Shown piece after piece: positions 40,022 to 54,000 of a stretch of DNA of 64,000 bases. The first letter of the stretch is position 1; the number at the start of each line of letters is the position of its first letter. The stretch comes from Laetmonice hystrix (taxonomy: Eukaryota). Where the stretch lies: contig OZ249436.1 in assembly GCA_965235115.1 (NCBI GenBank), forward strand, positions 32,614,001 through 32,678,000. The letters run 5' to 3'. The position numbers and the translations under genes were made by a program. Below the pieces are notes generated by a model. That model was not told where the DNA came from. It was given only the letters and a program-made list of their open reading frames with translations, and made no database searches.

Positions 40022-40528
40022 CCACTTACACGTAGTCGTTTCCGAGATGTGCCGTAGTCATTAAGTGAGGGTTATCGGGGCGTTGGTATGTAGCCTCACA
40101 TACTGCTACATACTACTACATAGTCTCACGTACTTCTACGTAATGATCTACGCACGGCAGTGTAGCATCAGTATTAGCATTATTTCATTTAATTTAATTT
40201 ATGTGAGACTATGTGAGATTTTACGTGAGACGACGTGAGATTGCACTAACTTTACGTGAGACTACGTGAGATTTCACACAAGCCTACGTGAGACTGCACG
40301 ACCAGGTAATGCTACGTAATCTCAGGTACTGTCACGTGATGCTAATTGCCTATGTAATGCCTCACGGGTGCAGAAAATTTTGAGCAAGTTGAAAACCCTA
40401 ATGTATTGCCCCTCGCCTCCCATACTCTCACGTAACGCTCGCGTACTTACACATACTCACCTCCCGTAATTCCACGTATATGTTATGCAGAATTACGGCG
40501 TTGACTACGTTCGACTACGTGTAAGTGG
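40022..40528. mobile_element. MITE with internal CGTGAGACTA-type repeats
   Basis: TIR CCACTTACACGTAGTCG / CGACTACGTGTAAGTGG. Confidence 0.75.
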
Positions 40529-40638
40529 CTTTAGACATTGCTTATCTGTTCGCCTGCCTTTTAGAAAAAAAATATCAAGGAAAATTCGGCCTCTTTGCTC
40601 AGGTTGTCATATTCTTAGGAGACATACAGGTATGTTAA

Positions 40639-40929
40639 AGTTACACCAAAAATTCCAGGGCCGAGTGGTAAGCAAGAGTATGTTAAAAGCCGAATGCAAA
40701 AATATGTCTCCGTTGGCTTCCACGTCGATTCTCAGCTCTGTGATCTATAGATTACCCCTATATATACTGTAGTTCCCAGCCTGCACTGGCTTGAAAAAAT
40801 AGCGGACGTGCAGTAGGGTAACTCGGAAACCCAACATAACTCATGTTTTGCTTATTGCTCGAACCTGAAATTTTAACACGGCATCCCTGGGGTTCAACGC
40901 TAAGTATTTGAGGAATCTTTGGTGCCACT
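40639..40929. mobile_element. Kolobok-like MITE, copy 2
   Basis: TTAA|AGTTACACCAAA ... TTTGGTGCCACT|TTAA (TTAA target duplication, AG..CT termini). Confidence 0.75.
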
Positions 40930-42676
40930 TTAAGGTATACGCAACGCGAAATTTTACAGAGGTGATTTGATTCTTCTTTTTTTTAAATTTGATTTGATTT
41001 GATTCTTTTTAATTTGTTAGTATAATTTTACATTTGCTTGTTTTTGCTATTTTTGCCTGTTGTCCTGGCCTCAGTTTAATAACACGATGTATGCACAATT
41101 ACACGCACAAGAGGTTGAATACTTTCATCAGAGTTTCCAAGGTTCCACATGTATGCGATGTATGTTCATGTCTTCAACTTTAACATAAAGACAAGCTCTG
41201 TTTTCCCCGAGGGAAAGGGAAGAATTTAAACAAATCTACCGGCAGGTCATTGTCTGTGTTATGAGAGAGTGAGTATCTAAGAAGTATGGTTGAGTACAGT
41301 ATGGTATACTGTGTATGGTATGGTATACATGTTGCTAGCAACATGACGATCCTACGAATGCAGACCAGAATTACGTGTGCCAGCTGAATATCTGAATATG
41401 ATATTCCTGCATTTTAACTAGAAAGGTTCGGCTATGTCAAGAGTCCTTAGAATATGGAAGAGGACATGCTTTAAATAGAAAGCAAAACACTTTGTAATTC
41501 TGAATGGGAGTAAATTGTTCTGGACGAGATTCTACCTAGAAATCCCTGGCCACCGGAGTGAACTTGAAGTCCTCCTGAATTGGATATGATTAAAGGAATA
41601 CATACTTTTCAAATCGTCTGTGTTTATGAATACTTTGGCACCAAATGATTATTTAGTTTCGCTCAAAGATTGGTTCATTGATTCAGGGCCGACTGGATGT
41701 CTGCATACATCACCTGGACTGTGATGTTAGAACCTTATCCAGATGCGTTTTGTTCATATTTTCAGCATAGAATAAGTGTACTGGTAGATGTAGTTTATAC
41801 CTTGATTGAAACATATCGTATTGTGACACAAGTGTACAGTTTCTGCCCTAATTGGATTAATTACAAACCAGGTGTTGGGTTTGGGAGCTATCACAGTTTA
41901 TTTCCTTCTGGGTCATTAGGTAACCAATAGCAACATGTGAAACCTAATTCTACACAAGGGGGTGCTAAGTGAATATCCGGCCATAAATGTTTTCGACTAA
42001 AACTAAACTAAAATATTTACATTTCACTTTAATATCTTTTACGGTAATTATTTTCTAGAACAATGATACCCATGCATAAACGTACAAGTGATTTTCACAA
42101 TAAAAGTTTTCATTTCTTTCCCTAAAAGCTGAATGTTTTCAGATAATTTCACGACTTCAAAAATGTTTTTGTAACATATCGAATGTGATGAATTTAGATA
42201 TATCAATGATTTAGTTTAAGCAGTGACTTGTTTAGTGCAATGATGACAAAATTAGCGGCAACTCTGAAACATGAAACTTTGAAATGAGACGGGAAAACGA
42301 GACGACCAATAATTCAAGAAATGAATAGTATTGGTATACCTATGAGGGTGCCTTGTGATGATGATAATGTTAATTAATAAACTCAAAGAGGCCCATAAAA
42401 GTTTGTCTATGTGATGTTGGCATGGCCATCTCTGACAAAGACACCCCCGGGGCGGTGGGGGGGGGGAGGGTTTACCCTAACCCCCGATCCCATCCCATAG
42501 GACTTACTTAAAAATGCCCATGGGGTTTGGGGTGACTGCCACTAATCACTGTCAGCGATATGTACAAATAACTTTTCCTCTGATTGAATACTGTGCGTAG
42601 TACAGCTACCCTTTTCTCTATCTTTCCAATATCTCCCCGCTGACCCCCAAAGTGTATTTCACCCAACATCTCAAGT

Positions 42677-45600
42677 TCATTTCAGCCAGCAAGACGTTCC
42701 GGGATCTTCGTGCTGACATGTGATAAGCACAACACGGAACTTGTCAAGCAGTGTGAGAAGCTGGGACCTGCGCACGTTCTCGTAGTACATGATCTCCTCA
42801 AGGTGGTGTTTACCATTGAAGTATGGGCACAACCTGAAACAATAACATTGTTGAAACACCTTATTGGGACAGTCCCGATCCAGTAAAAGATCGAAAATAG
42901 ACCAAAAATATCAAACACATTTCAGAGCTGTGATGGCAAAAGCTTGTCGGAAAGGTTTCAAAGCATTGTCCAAGTAGAAGCAACCCTAGCCTATATTACG
43001 TTTTGTTAAATTTGACGTCCATTAGTAATGAGGTCTTTGGGTACACACCTTGCAAACAGTTTAAGATCTTCAGGATTATTGGAGGCTGGGATTCGGATGA
43101 CACACTGCTGTTGCTGAGGACTCAAACTCGACAGGAGGGAGTCACGCAGTCTCCACTGGTTACGGACCTCTTCTGTGATTACTGCTCCATTACTAGTAAC
43201 CTCCACGGAGGGTGACTTGGTTGACATGGAGGATACGGTCCCAAAACCACCCTGTTCAGACGATCCCTCACTAGTCACTGTAAACCATCAGTAAAACGGC
43301 ACCAATAAAAGCATGAAACAGATCCCAGGTTTATTAAAAATTGCCAATGACAATTTTGAGCATTGTCTTGAAACCTTTCTATTATGCGTTACCTTTACCA
43401 ACACTAACTTCTGTTTATGGAAACTGTGTCTTTCTCTGGAAATCTATATTAAGCTGTAAAAAATAAGTTGGAACAGGATTCAAAACGCTATAGCTAAGCC
43501 TTACTTAAATTTGCATATCATTGTAGGTTAGTTTATTAAAACTAAAGTCATACCTGAGTGTGTATCTGATATGCCTGAGAATTTCTGTGAATCCTGAGAC
43601 TCGTCTGGGGACAGAAGGAAGACGGTGTCTCTCTTGTCAGAGTTGTTGGTTGTAGAACAGGTGATAGCAGGGGTGGTGATGAGGGTCTCCACTGATGGTA
43701 TCAGAAAGACATACGTGTGGAGCTGCATCAGTAAACGATGCTGCAGCATCCACATCACCATCTGTACCTGCTGCGCCTGAGAATAAATTAATCAATGGTA
43801 ACACATTTCATCACTGATATTGATGTCATAGGAAAACTAACAGACAAACTTTACCTTTGTACTTCTTATTGATCCATAAACCATTGTTAAAACCTTTGTT
43901 ACAGTTTATACATTTGTTTGTGAATTTCAGTCAGTAAAGTGTAACAGTGCAGGTTATACTAAACTCACGGATGGATAATTGGAGGAGGGAGATACATGTA
44001 TTATCTGACCTGTTGCTGAGGCAGTCCATGGACATCCTTGTGTTCAATGAGAGGTGTAGGCATTGAGAAGTCTGCTAGCACTGCATGTAGTGACCTGCCT
44101 GGGAAAGTCTCCACAAACTTCTCCACTAACCATGCATTCCTGTAGCAAACCATTATGACACCTTCTAACCTTTAGTTGTTTCCTTTCAAGACATCTATGA
44201 TCAAATTTGAACCACTAAATTTATCAAGAACACTGGTCATCCTACAGCAGTTATTACTTATTACCAGCATTCTAATATTATGGCTTTACGTCTAATGTTT
44301 TAATGCAGTATTTCCAAGTACAAGAGCTTTTGCTATACATACATATCTGAATGGTTCACTAATATAAATGATTTTTAAACAACCTTGCTCTGAACCCAAG
44401 AAATTTATGCTTACACATAAGTATTCGTACTGGGAGAAATGGTGTAGACGTTACTTTCACAAAGGGGGTAGATGATGATGGCTTTACCCCAGTAGACCAG
44501 ATGAGTCACTAGTTGGGACACCTTGAACAATTATAAAATAACATCAGATCAAGATAATATATTATTAGATGGTGCTCACATTTTTAATACATTTATTGTG
44601 TTGTAAGAGTGGATCTACTCTTTATATCAATGGTGGAGGAACCTTAAACTGAATTCTGAAAGGGACACGCAATCCACCGATATCACTGTTCATATGAACA
44701 ATTAATAAAGAAACAAAGAAAATTTATTTCTCTGCATAGAGAATCATGTTTAGATGTACCGGTATTTCTGATCGTGATGGTGTAAGATTGGGTTGTACTA
44801 TTTGTACTGCCTTTGCAAATGACAGAAAGGGATATAATTTAGTTTACCAATCCTTCAACTATAGGCCTACTGGCCACTTTGAATAACGACCCTTCTGACC
44901 TGTCCAAGAGAGAGGTCTGCATCAGATGCCAGGGTTTGGAGGGACTTGAGGGGTGTGGCCACTCTGATGAGGCGGGTAAGAGCAGGACTGGAGTCTGGGG
45001 GTAAACTATCCAGGAGCTGAGTGTCATCTACCAGGAGCATCACGGCATGGTACGGCCTGGAATACACACGTGTGGTATGTCATGTAAAAACACAGGAACA
45101 GCATACAAAACACAGATACTACCCTAAATAATACCGAGAACTTTGTAGATAATACACAGATGTGTGGCACATAATACAGAGATATTATAGAGATAATACA
45201 CAGACCCTTGGCAACTAATACCCAGATAAACAGCATGTAAAATACAGATGTATGCCAAGCAGCACACAAATATACAGCACGTGCAATTACGTGGCTTTAT
45301 AAAATATATAAAAAGACTGTCGAGTTCATACCTTAGCGCTGCAATGCATTTCTTAATTGCTTCTGGCTGAAATGAAGAAGAAAAATATTCTCAGATGAAT
45401 TAGTATGGGTGACAGTAGCATATCATTTCTCTGTAAATCTCATTTTATTGTATCAATGGCAATACAAGGATTCAGAAATTCATCAAAAGGAGACATTTCG
45501 TTGAGTTTTTAAAACAGCTGTTATTGACTGACCTGTATGAACGTGTTAGAATCTTTAGGTAGATGCAGATTATGCAACTTGTGTGGCAGACAGAAGTTGA

Positions 45601-48600
45601 CGTGAACCCACTTGTTAATGTAGACCTGGACAACCCCACAGTGGCAGAGACTGGAGTACAATAGAAGCAGGCTGGCTTACATCTTTGACTTTACCAATAG
45701 AAGTGATTTGAGTTTCTGAAATTTATGGTGAAATCTTTTGCTCTCTTGCAATACCATGTAGTATGAGCATATATTAAGGCTAAAAATTATCTCTCTTTTC
45801 AGAACACTGTAGACAAGTGAAATCTAAATTATAGGGAGATCTCCATGGTGACATCTTCACAAAATTTGGGGATAAAAATAAAATTCTATTCTGATTTCTA
45901 TCCTAAAATCTAATACCTACTCCTGGTCTCCAAACCTTCCTTGTCCCTGCCTTGCCCCTAACCCCCACCCCAAATTTTGTGGGAATGTGACTATGGGGAA
46001 ATACCAACTTTTACTGCATGGGGAACAGCTCATGTATTAGGCACCAAACCCTTCTGGTGGTCCAGTTACTGGTTAATTTCTGTTAGTCTTGAAACCACAC
46101 TGCTTGGTTGCTGAGCTAGCCAGCAATGGAGTATGGTTCCTGTCCAAGAAGACTAATAATCTTTACCTCAGTAGGATGTTTTGTCAATAAAAAAGCATTT
46201 CTGGAGTGATACCTGTTGACAGATGGAATGTATGTAAAGATCTTTATGTGTACGCCAAGCTGACTATGAAATAATTATAAACATACTCATCGTATATGGC
46301 CTTCAACTGCTTTGCTAGCTGGCATTTCTGGAGGATCAGGCGAAACGGTGATTCTAGGGAATCTGGTTAAACAGTACCAATAGTGCTTGAGCATATTTGC
46401 TTTGTCATGTCCATGTTCAATGTCATTCTGTTTGAACACATCTCTAGTACAATACAACACTCTTCACTTCCAGGTAAAATTACTGACCCTCTCAAAGTAA
46501 TTTTCACACCTTGTGAATTGAAGTACTTACAGAACCTTGCTTTCCACAATAATGTAATTTGTTATCACAAATAACATGTACAAACATATCTCTCAAATCT
46601 CAGAAAGTTAATAGCTATTAGTTAATAGCAAAATAAATTTACCTTCAGTCATTGTGGCTACCTCATCTTTGATGGCCATCATCTGTGCTTTTTGGTTGTT
46701 TAAAAAATCACACCTCTTCTCTTCATGGCGCAAGGCCAGAGCAATCTGTTTTGCCAAGTCCTGGTAGGATGCAATAAGGCTTTCATCACTAGATGACTGT
46801 TGAATGAGAAAGAATGTAGTAATATAATTAACAATATACATGTGTACTGTATATTAACAGACCATATTGCATCGAGAATCGCCGCCGACATGGAAATTAT
46901 TTTGTCGGCATTGGGCAAGATTGACAGCATCCGTGTTAACAGAAAAGTCAGTGCCAACGGCATCCAAATTATCCTTTTTGGCATTAGCAAGATACCCCAC
47001 CCTCATAGGCCTACAGCAGGGACAAATTTACGACTATAGGCCTATTGCATCTGGATAAATAATTTGGGAGTTGCCTTCTGCATCGTTCCCAGTGTTTCAT
47101 GTGTGATGTCATAAAATTGCCATCTAGTGGGAGAAATATCTCAAAATAACTTGTAGGGTCTGGATAGATGGCCGCACTCCCACCTTTGAGGTCAGACTTC
47201 AGAGGATAAAATATGGTAATCTGTTGGGTATAGTACACTTCTAAGCTTATACCTATAAATAGCTATATCTTTACACTCACCCTTAATGCAAACACCACAT
47301 TAAAGGATGTCTTTGTTGTGTCCCGTTTTATATTTCCATGGTGCAGTACCATGGGGTAACCCACAAAGATAATGTCATCTATCTTCACCTCAAACTTTCT
47401 CCCACACAATTCAAATTTTATGGCTAGAAAGTTACCGAGGACTTTATCAGTGTACCTGAAAACCAAAAGAAAGAAAATTAACACTTGCTAATTTTTCAGA
47501 TTTAATGTTAAGCAGTCCTTGGCTAAATGAGCTACTGTGAAGTTGACATGTAGTCTTCAGACAGATATGTAACTGAACACCAACCCCACAACTGTTCCAC
47601 TGCTGATACTGGAGACTGGTGTAGTCCTGTAAGGAAACTTGTATATAATAAGCTGCACAGAATACAGGCAACATAGTCATTACATCCTTGAAATACAACT
47701 AGAAATTTAAATTTAAAGATAATCAAAAATAATACATGTATTAGTTCCCGGAAAGTTAAGCCAACCACTTGTGTATTGATTTTAAAAAATAAGACCATGT
47801 GGACTGGAGAGGTTTCTACTGCAGGGCTGTCCAAAGTTGTGGCTGCCTGGTGCGCAGCATATCAAAATCTGTGCACCAGAACTATCGACCCCAGCAAAAT
47901 AGAAGCCAGGCGTACGAGCCAGGAGGGGGCAGGGGGGTACTCCCCCCCCCCCCAATTTGGGCAAAACAGTATTGTGGGGAAAATTCAGGCAAAGCAAACA
48001 GAAAAAAAAATTGGACAGAGAATCTTCGAGCAAATCAAACCCTCTGCCCCCTTAACCATAGTCCCGATACGCCCATTTTAGCAGCTATTTTACAAGAAAG
48101 GGGATGAGAGTAGGCGGCAGAGGTGTTGGGAAACAGACAGCCAAGTATAGACCTCTCTAATCTTTTCAAATTAAAGTCAAATCTGTCAACCTTTGCCCCA
48201 AAAAGGCACTCTTCCCGTCACGCTTATTCGTGAGAGATTAAATGCATGGTTACAGTGCTTTGACTTTCATGGGTCACTGGGGGACCACCAAATCAAATGC
48301 GTCAAGTAGGCCTGGTTCCCAAATCAATCTGTCGCTCCATTTTTCCTTGTCGCATTGGCGTTGTTGTTGCTCCAATATGCGACATAGCGACAAATGGACA
48401 GCCCTGTACTGGAATTGTTTGCAGCTCCAAAACCATGGAATTCCATAGCATAGATGTGTAGAATTTTGACCAGTCTGACCCTTGCCATACCTCGTGTTTT
48501 TATAGTCCTCTTCAATTCTCACTGCATATGGATTTTTGACAGGCTTGGCTGAAATGCAAAAACAAAGGAAAATACATGTCATGACTTTATAATAAACTGA

Positions 48601-48972
48601 ATTAATCTTCTTTAAAACGGTGCACAAAGCTTTAACTTGATATCACATTTGACTGCCTACATGTCATGATCAGCATGATATATCTAACTAGTAATTTCAG
48701 AAGTCCTGACTTACTTAGATTGGTGGGTGGCAGATCCCCTTGGCCTAACTTGGGCCTTCTAAAACTAGTAAAAGCAGTTTAGATCGGTTCGTTTAGATCT
48801 GCCTACCCCCCAGACCCAGTTTGAGCGATAATAAAACAACTTTACGTCCATTCTTACCTTGAAGGGTGACTTCTTTCGCCTCCTCCGTTTCATACGGATA
48901 CCTAAATAACAATCTATCACCTCGACTGCCAGAGGACACCAGACATATCGCCAAGGGATTGCACCATTCCAT
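42677..48972 (-). CDS. NPRL3: GATOR1 complex subunit NPRL3. Exons 48972-48858, 48548-48491, 47626-47585, 47455-47281, 46796-46643, 46362-46287, 45650-45533, 45366-45332, 45056-44900, 44521-44415, 44139-44010, 43776-43554, 43277-43049, 42833-42677
   Basis: [146 protein letters not shown]. All exon phases are compatible. Confidence 0.96.
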
Positions 48973-48983
48973 GATGTTCACAT

Positions 48984-49400
48984 TATGCCGAAAGGCTCGA
49001 TGTTTGGTTTGATGATAACAGCTGATTGGAACGGAAGTAGAAACTATAGTACCGGAAACATCGGACAGGTGGCGCTAGCATGCAATCTCTCCCAGGGTTC
49101 ACCGCGCCAGGGACGATGGCGCGGATTTCACGTGAAATCCGCCCGCGCGGTGAACCCTGGGAGAGATTGGCTAGCATGATGCACAATACTCACCAGGTGG
49201 CGCCAGTTATTTACGGAAATCCGACGAATGCGAGTGTGCATGGGATCGTGTGCATGATGCACATGATTCACTGAAAAAATCGTGATGTCGCTGTGACTTG
49301 TGTAAGGCAAGGTAAGGCAATCATGTTTTCTTCCCGCTTTACTTAATTATAGCGGCCGCCATGTGCTGCTTTGATGGTTTGTAAAGCTAAAGGCTTTGTG
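48984..49400. promoter_or_regulatory. Probable shared divergent promoter region of NPRL3 and the TMEM130-like gene
   Basis: CpG-rich; CTGATTGG (CCAAT box, 49022-49029), ACGGAAGT and CCGGAAA (ETS-like), GCCGCCAT (YY1-like, ~49355); plus-strand donors CG|gtaag near 49698 and 49799 could end a first exon of TMEM130. Confidence 0.55.
49083..49169. mobile_element. 87-bp palindromic MITE with a 9-bp target duplication
   Basis: 25-bp TIR CAATCTCTCCCAGGGTTCACCGCGC / GCGCGGTGAACCCTGGGAGAGATTG; GCTAGCATG at 49074-49082 and 49170-49178. Confidence 0.9.
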
Positions 49401-50008
49401 AACGCGTTGATGAAGTGCGCCTGCACAGTCTTGGCTGAAGTTGAGGGTTGAGCTTGACGAGTGAGGACCCGTCTTACTCAAGTCACTACACTCTCTCTAA
49501 ACACTTCACGTCAGGATTACTGACTTGTTGGGGTAAACTCTACTTGTTGCAAGCATAAACTGTCAGGGCACTCAGACTTGAACCACTGCACTACCCCTCA
49601 TGTTGCGGGACTGGGGATATTTTATTCAAGATTCCTTGATAGAGTTTTCCTCCTGAAAGCAGGCCTTCCTAAGTACTAATACTAGTAATACTGAACGGTA
49701 AGAACATGCTGAACTGTAAAAAGTAAAGATTTCCTTTTAGATAGTGTATATCTAGCTTGCACTATTTGCCCATATGCATATTCTGTGATGTAACAACGGT
49801 AAGTATGTAACAACCGGCCAGTGTTTCCGTCAGGTTACCCTTAAATACCGATGACCAGAGCTTACCCACAAAAAATATCACCGACAGTTTATCAGTGCTT
49901 CCAGACAGTTGATATTTTTCGCTAGACATCTCTGGTCCTCACGGGTCATCGGTATTAAGGGTGACCCGTTAATCCATGTCTGCTGTAGGCACGGAACATG
50001 AACACCTG

Positions 50009-50150
50009 TAGGCCTCAAATTACACGACGGTCGTCGTGCCTTTTCCATGTATCGTAAATTTGCCGCCGTGCCCTTGAGAAATCTTATGGTGTTTCTTATG
50101 TATCGACGGCAGTTTTTGCCGTGCCCCTGTCAACTTCTAATTCGAGGCAT
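50009..50150. mobile_element. Internally deleted relative of the 36675-37061 MITE
   Basis: AGGCCTCAAATTACACGACGG ... GCCGTGCCCC..AACTTCTAATTCGAGGC shared with 36675-37061. Confidence 0.75.
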
Positions 50151-50790
50151 TTGAACATGTTTTTTTCGGGAATGCTCCAGAGATATGTTTTCAGAGCATC
50201 TGAGAGCAAAAATCTCTACCAAATCTATCAACAAAATTCTATCATTTTTTTTATGTGTCATACATAGAAAATTGGCATGAGTTTCACACAGAACTATGTA
50301 GGTCGCAGTAAAAAGTATCTTTGCTTCCTAGAAAAGATTAGTTATGGTATTTTATAAAATGGCTGGGCGTGCACTATCCGGTCCTGCAACGTCACAAACG
50401 AAAACACATGTTCCGGCCAGCGTACATAAATGTCGCGGCCCGGGCCATGCATATGTAATTACGTTTCACCATAGTAACGTGATCTATCCTACCGATAGAT
50501 CACGGAATCGAACGTAAACTTGACAATGGATAATGCCATTGTGTCGCTCCATGACTAAACAAAGCGAAAACAGCGTCATCAGTGACGTCACAATTGTGAC
50601 GTTTAATTGTGACAATTGTGACGTTTTGGCATTAACTAAAAAGGAAGGGTCTTGCAGTGGGGAATTCATGTCATTCATGCCTCACGTTTCGGAAGTAGGT
50701 GACGATGGTATGGTAGGCGTAAACGGTAACAATAATTATTATTGTTATTAGTCTAAATTCTTGTTTGTTAATGTGAGGCCATTTCAAAAC

Positions 50791-50935
50791 AGGAATAGTG
50801 AACGGTTTAGGATGCGTTAGCGGTGAGATAGGGCACTCGGCCTCGGAGGCCCCCGGCTGGCTGCGCCAGCCTCGGCCTCGGAGGCCGTCGTGCCCTATCT
50901 CACCGCTAACGCATCCTAAACCGTTCACTATTCCT
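50791..50935. repeat. Long perfect inverted repeat (46-bp arms, 53-bp GC-rich loop), probably transposon-derived
   Basis: AGGAATAGTGAACGGTTTAGGATGCGTTAGCGGTGAGATAGGGCAC (50791-50836) and its exact reverse complement (50890-50935). Confidence 0.9.
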
Positions 50936-51060
50936 ATAATAATTTACACAAAATTGATAATCCTGTATATGATTACATTACCCTGCAAGTGACTTAAAAT
51001 TGTATCTTCTTTTGGCAGACCTTTACTGTGACCCCTAGCAGTGGGTGCGAGAGCTGAGGG

Positions 51061-54000
51061 ATGAATGACATTACAGCAGCGCAGGCATTTGTCTTTCCAA
51101 TGCTCTCCCTGACGCCTTGCCTAGGGATGATTTCCTTGCTAGGTAAGAATAAAAATTTATGTACCAGACTAGACTGTCTTGAACCACTTCACCTGAAACA
51201 CCACAATTAACTTATTTGTATTTTAATTCTACTAGTCTGCTTCCATCCCCCTTGAACAGGCAAACTGTCATTCACAAACATATCTTATTTTGTGTCCCTC
51301 CCCCGCAGTAAACACTTGACCTGATAGATTTAAAGAACTACTTATCTCTTTATCAATTTTATATGGAGATTTTTGATATTGATGCCACTTGATCCTGGAC
51401 ACTCCGACATTGTTGATGACATTCTGACGTAGTAAGACTTGATAGCTTGTGATAAAGTGATGCTGAATCTGAGTTCATCAAATAGATCTGTTATAATTTA
51501 GTCATGAGGTGGTGAAAGGAGCTTACCACCGTAGACTTTTAAAAACAAACTGTTACTTTGGCAGTATTTGTCTTCTTGTTATCATGAGTTGAAAGATGAT
51601 TTAAGCATGTGTGCATAAATCAGCAATCCACAAGAAACTTTTCACTGCTACGTAGGTACTTCTCAACGAGATCAATAGCAGATTATCATGTGTAGGTGGA
51701 TGTTGATTATCAATAGCAGGGCACAATGTGTAACACATTTTGTGATGCAAAATAAGATTTGTGTCAAATTTTGTATTTGGCATATACTTTTCAAAATTTA
51801 TTTAAAAAAATTAAATTTAATACCTTTGAAAATAAGAAATAATTTGTCATGTGTGTACTTTGGAACAGTTGCAGCTACATGGACTGACATCCTGTGCATT
51901 AGCATACCTGCCAACCAGTCTGATTTAATTGGAATCGTTCTGATTTTCTTGTTTCCAAATAGTAAAAAATTGGACTGTTCATTCCGATTTTTGAATTTTC
52001 AGATTGCAATATATACATCAAATAATGTCAACTTTTAAGGTTCAAAACAGCCTTTCCTCAGCTTTAAAAATGCCCAAATCCCAGGAGCTCAGCGGGGTCC
52101 ACCCTCTGTACCCCGCCGGGGTACTGCCCCCTGGACCCCTTGCTTGTAGTGTTCAGATTTCTGGTTTTCCAATGTTGGCAGGTATGCATTAGTTGCATTA
52201 TACGTATATATTACGTATTATATGCATTATACGTAAATATATGCATTATATGGTTTTCACTGCACTTTCAGTCACCGATACCGTATGTATCCAACAGATG
52301 GCCGCACCCAAAAGATAGCCACGGGGGGGGGGGGGGGGGGGGATTTAGACCCCCATGGTCAGGGAAAAAAGTTTCTTGGAATTGCTGAGCTGCAGCTCCA
52401 AGATGTGCTCACCCCAAGCTTACAACATCTAACTGTACTGGACAAAACATGCATATAGCCACAATATAGCCAAAACGTTCTCTTTGTTTTCAAAACATTT
52501 TTTGGAGAGGGCTATTCACATGGCAGGATTGCCCTCAGAACCCCCACTTTTAAACCATCACAGATGCAATGACCAGTCTAGTTCGTAGAGTAACCACTCA
52601 AGTGTCTCACCAAGTGAGCAGACAGCCTGCCCTTGCACCGCCATGTGTCAGCGCAGGGACTAGTAAGATGCTGGGGATTAGTGTTATGAGGCATACAAAC
52701 AAAAAAGTAATTATGCCACATAAAATTGCAGCAATTTGAAATTAATAAATACGCTAATGTTAAAAAAAACAAGTCCTTGCACGTATGTAGTGACCCCTGG
52801 CGGTGGGTGGGGGAACTCCTATTGACTGGCTCTGTGGACTGGGAGGGTAGCCTTTGGATCTGGATAGATGGTCGCACCACCAACTTTGAGGTGGGACTCC
52901 AGGATAAAAAAAACGCAATCTATTAGGTACCGTATATATGGTACCCTTTTTTCTCTGCAATTGAACTTTCAATACCATACACACAGACATTTGGTATTTC
53001 ACAAATTGTATATATCAAGTATTTAATACTTTTGTTTCGTTTGATTAATTTCCAGGTGTGTTAGTTGAAACAAGAGTTATACTGGAAAACAGTAGCCCTG
53101 CAGTGATGGACTCCAATGTAACGTTCACGGCTCGACTGATTGGTAATAAATTTAACAAATCATCATTGTACACATATGAATGGAAGGACAATGCTGTTAT
53201 TTTTCATCTACCACTTGATAGAGTCACAACTCAAGGCCCAGCCAACGTCACTTTGTCCAGGCAATTTCCTGCCTACCCATTTTCTATTAGTCCGGGAACA
53301 TTTACAATGAATCTGACTGTGTATGCAGAGGATGAAATCAACGAAAATGAAAGGAAAGTTATTGGCTCAGCATCATCTTATTTTGTACTGACAGGTAAGT
53401 CCTGTGTATGGATAAGAAATATCCCTGTTTGATTTTTCAACAAGTATTCTATTCTAGTCATCACTTGGTTTTTAATAATGTTTAAAGGACAGATAACCTT
53501 GAACCAGTTTAGGTATATGCTTCTAATCTTCGGAAGTACCAGCTACTGCAAAATTAGCTTTAGGCTGTTTAAAGCTGGTTGTGTATACTGTTCGAACTGC
53601 CTTAATCCTTCAATCAATCATTGCTAGACTTTAATTTTTTTTTTAATCTGTCTGTAATTGTAGTCACGTTTTTTCTCCTGGGGGTTTCTAGATCATTTGA
53701 ATTTCAAAATGGAACTGCTGCAAGACCTACCTGTGACACCGCCACCAAGAGTTTTTGCTACAGGGAAGTATATAAGACTGATGGCCATAATGCAGGACAT
53801 ATTCTCTGATGCTAAGCTCAAGTATGAGTGGTACCTGAACAATGGAACTGAGACACAGATAACTTCCTCACCGAACTACATGGCCAGGTTTTGTTGTCAA
53901 GGAGAGCAGGTGATTGGCCTTACAGTAAATGCAAGCATCAAGATGTTAAACTTTCTTGGGGAATATGTCACCATCTCCAAGACAGGACATATCAACAGAA

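Noticed and set aside
48973..48981. ORF-track start of NPRL3 at 48981
   Set aside because: That codon is GTG; the first in-frame ATG in good context is at 48972
50671..50992. Two opposite-strand ORFs both starting MNGLGCVSGEIGH
   Set aside because: Mirror translations of the inverted repeat, started at GTG; not genes
51410..51475. C/D-box snoRNA look-alike (TGATGA ... CTGA) in a TMEM130 intron
   Set aside because: No convincing terminal stem or recognisable rRNA guide sequence; such short motifs occur by chance
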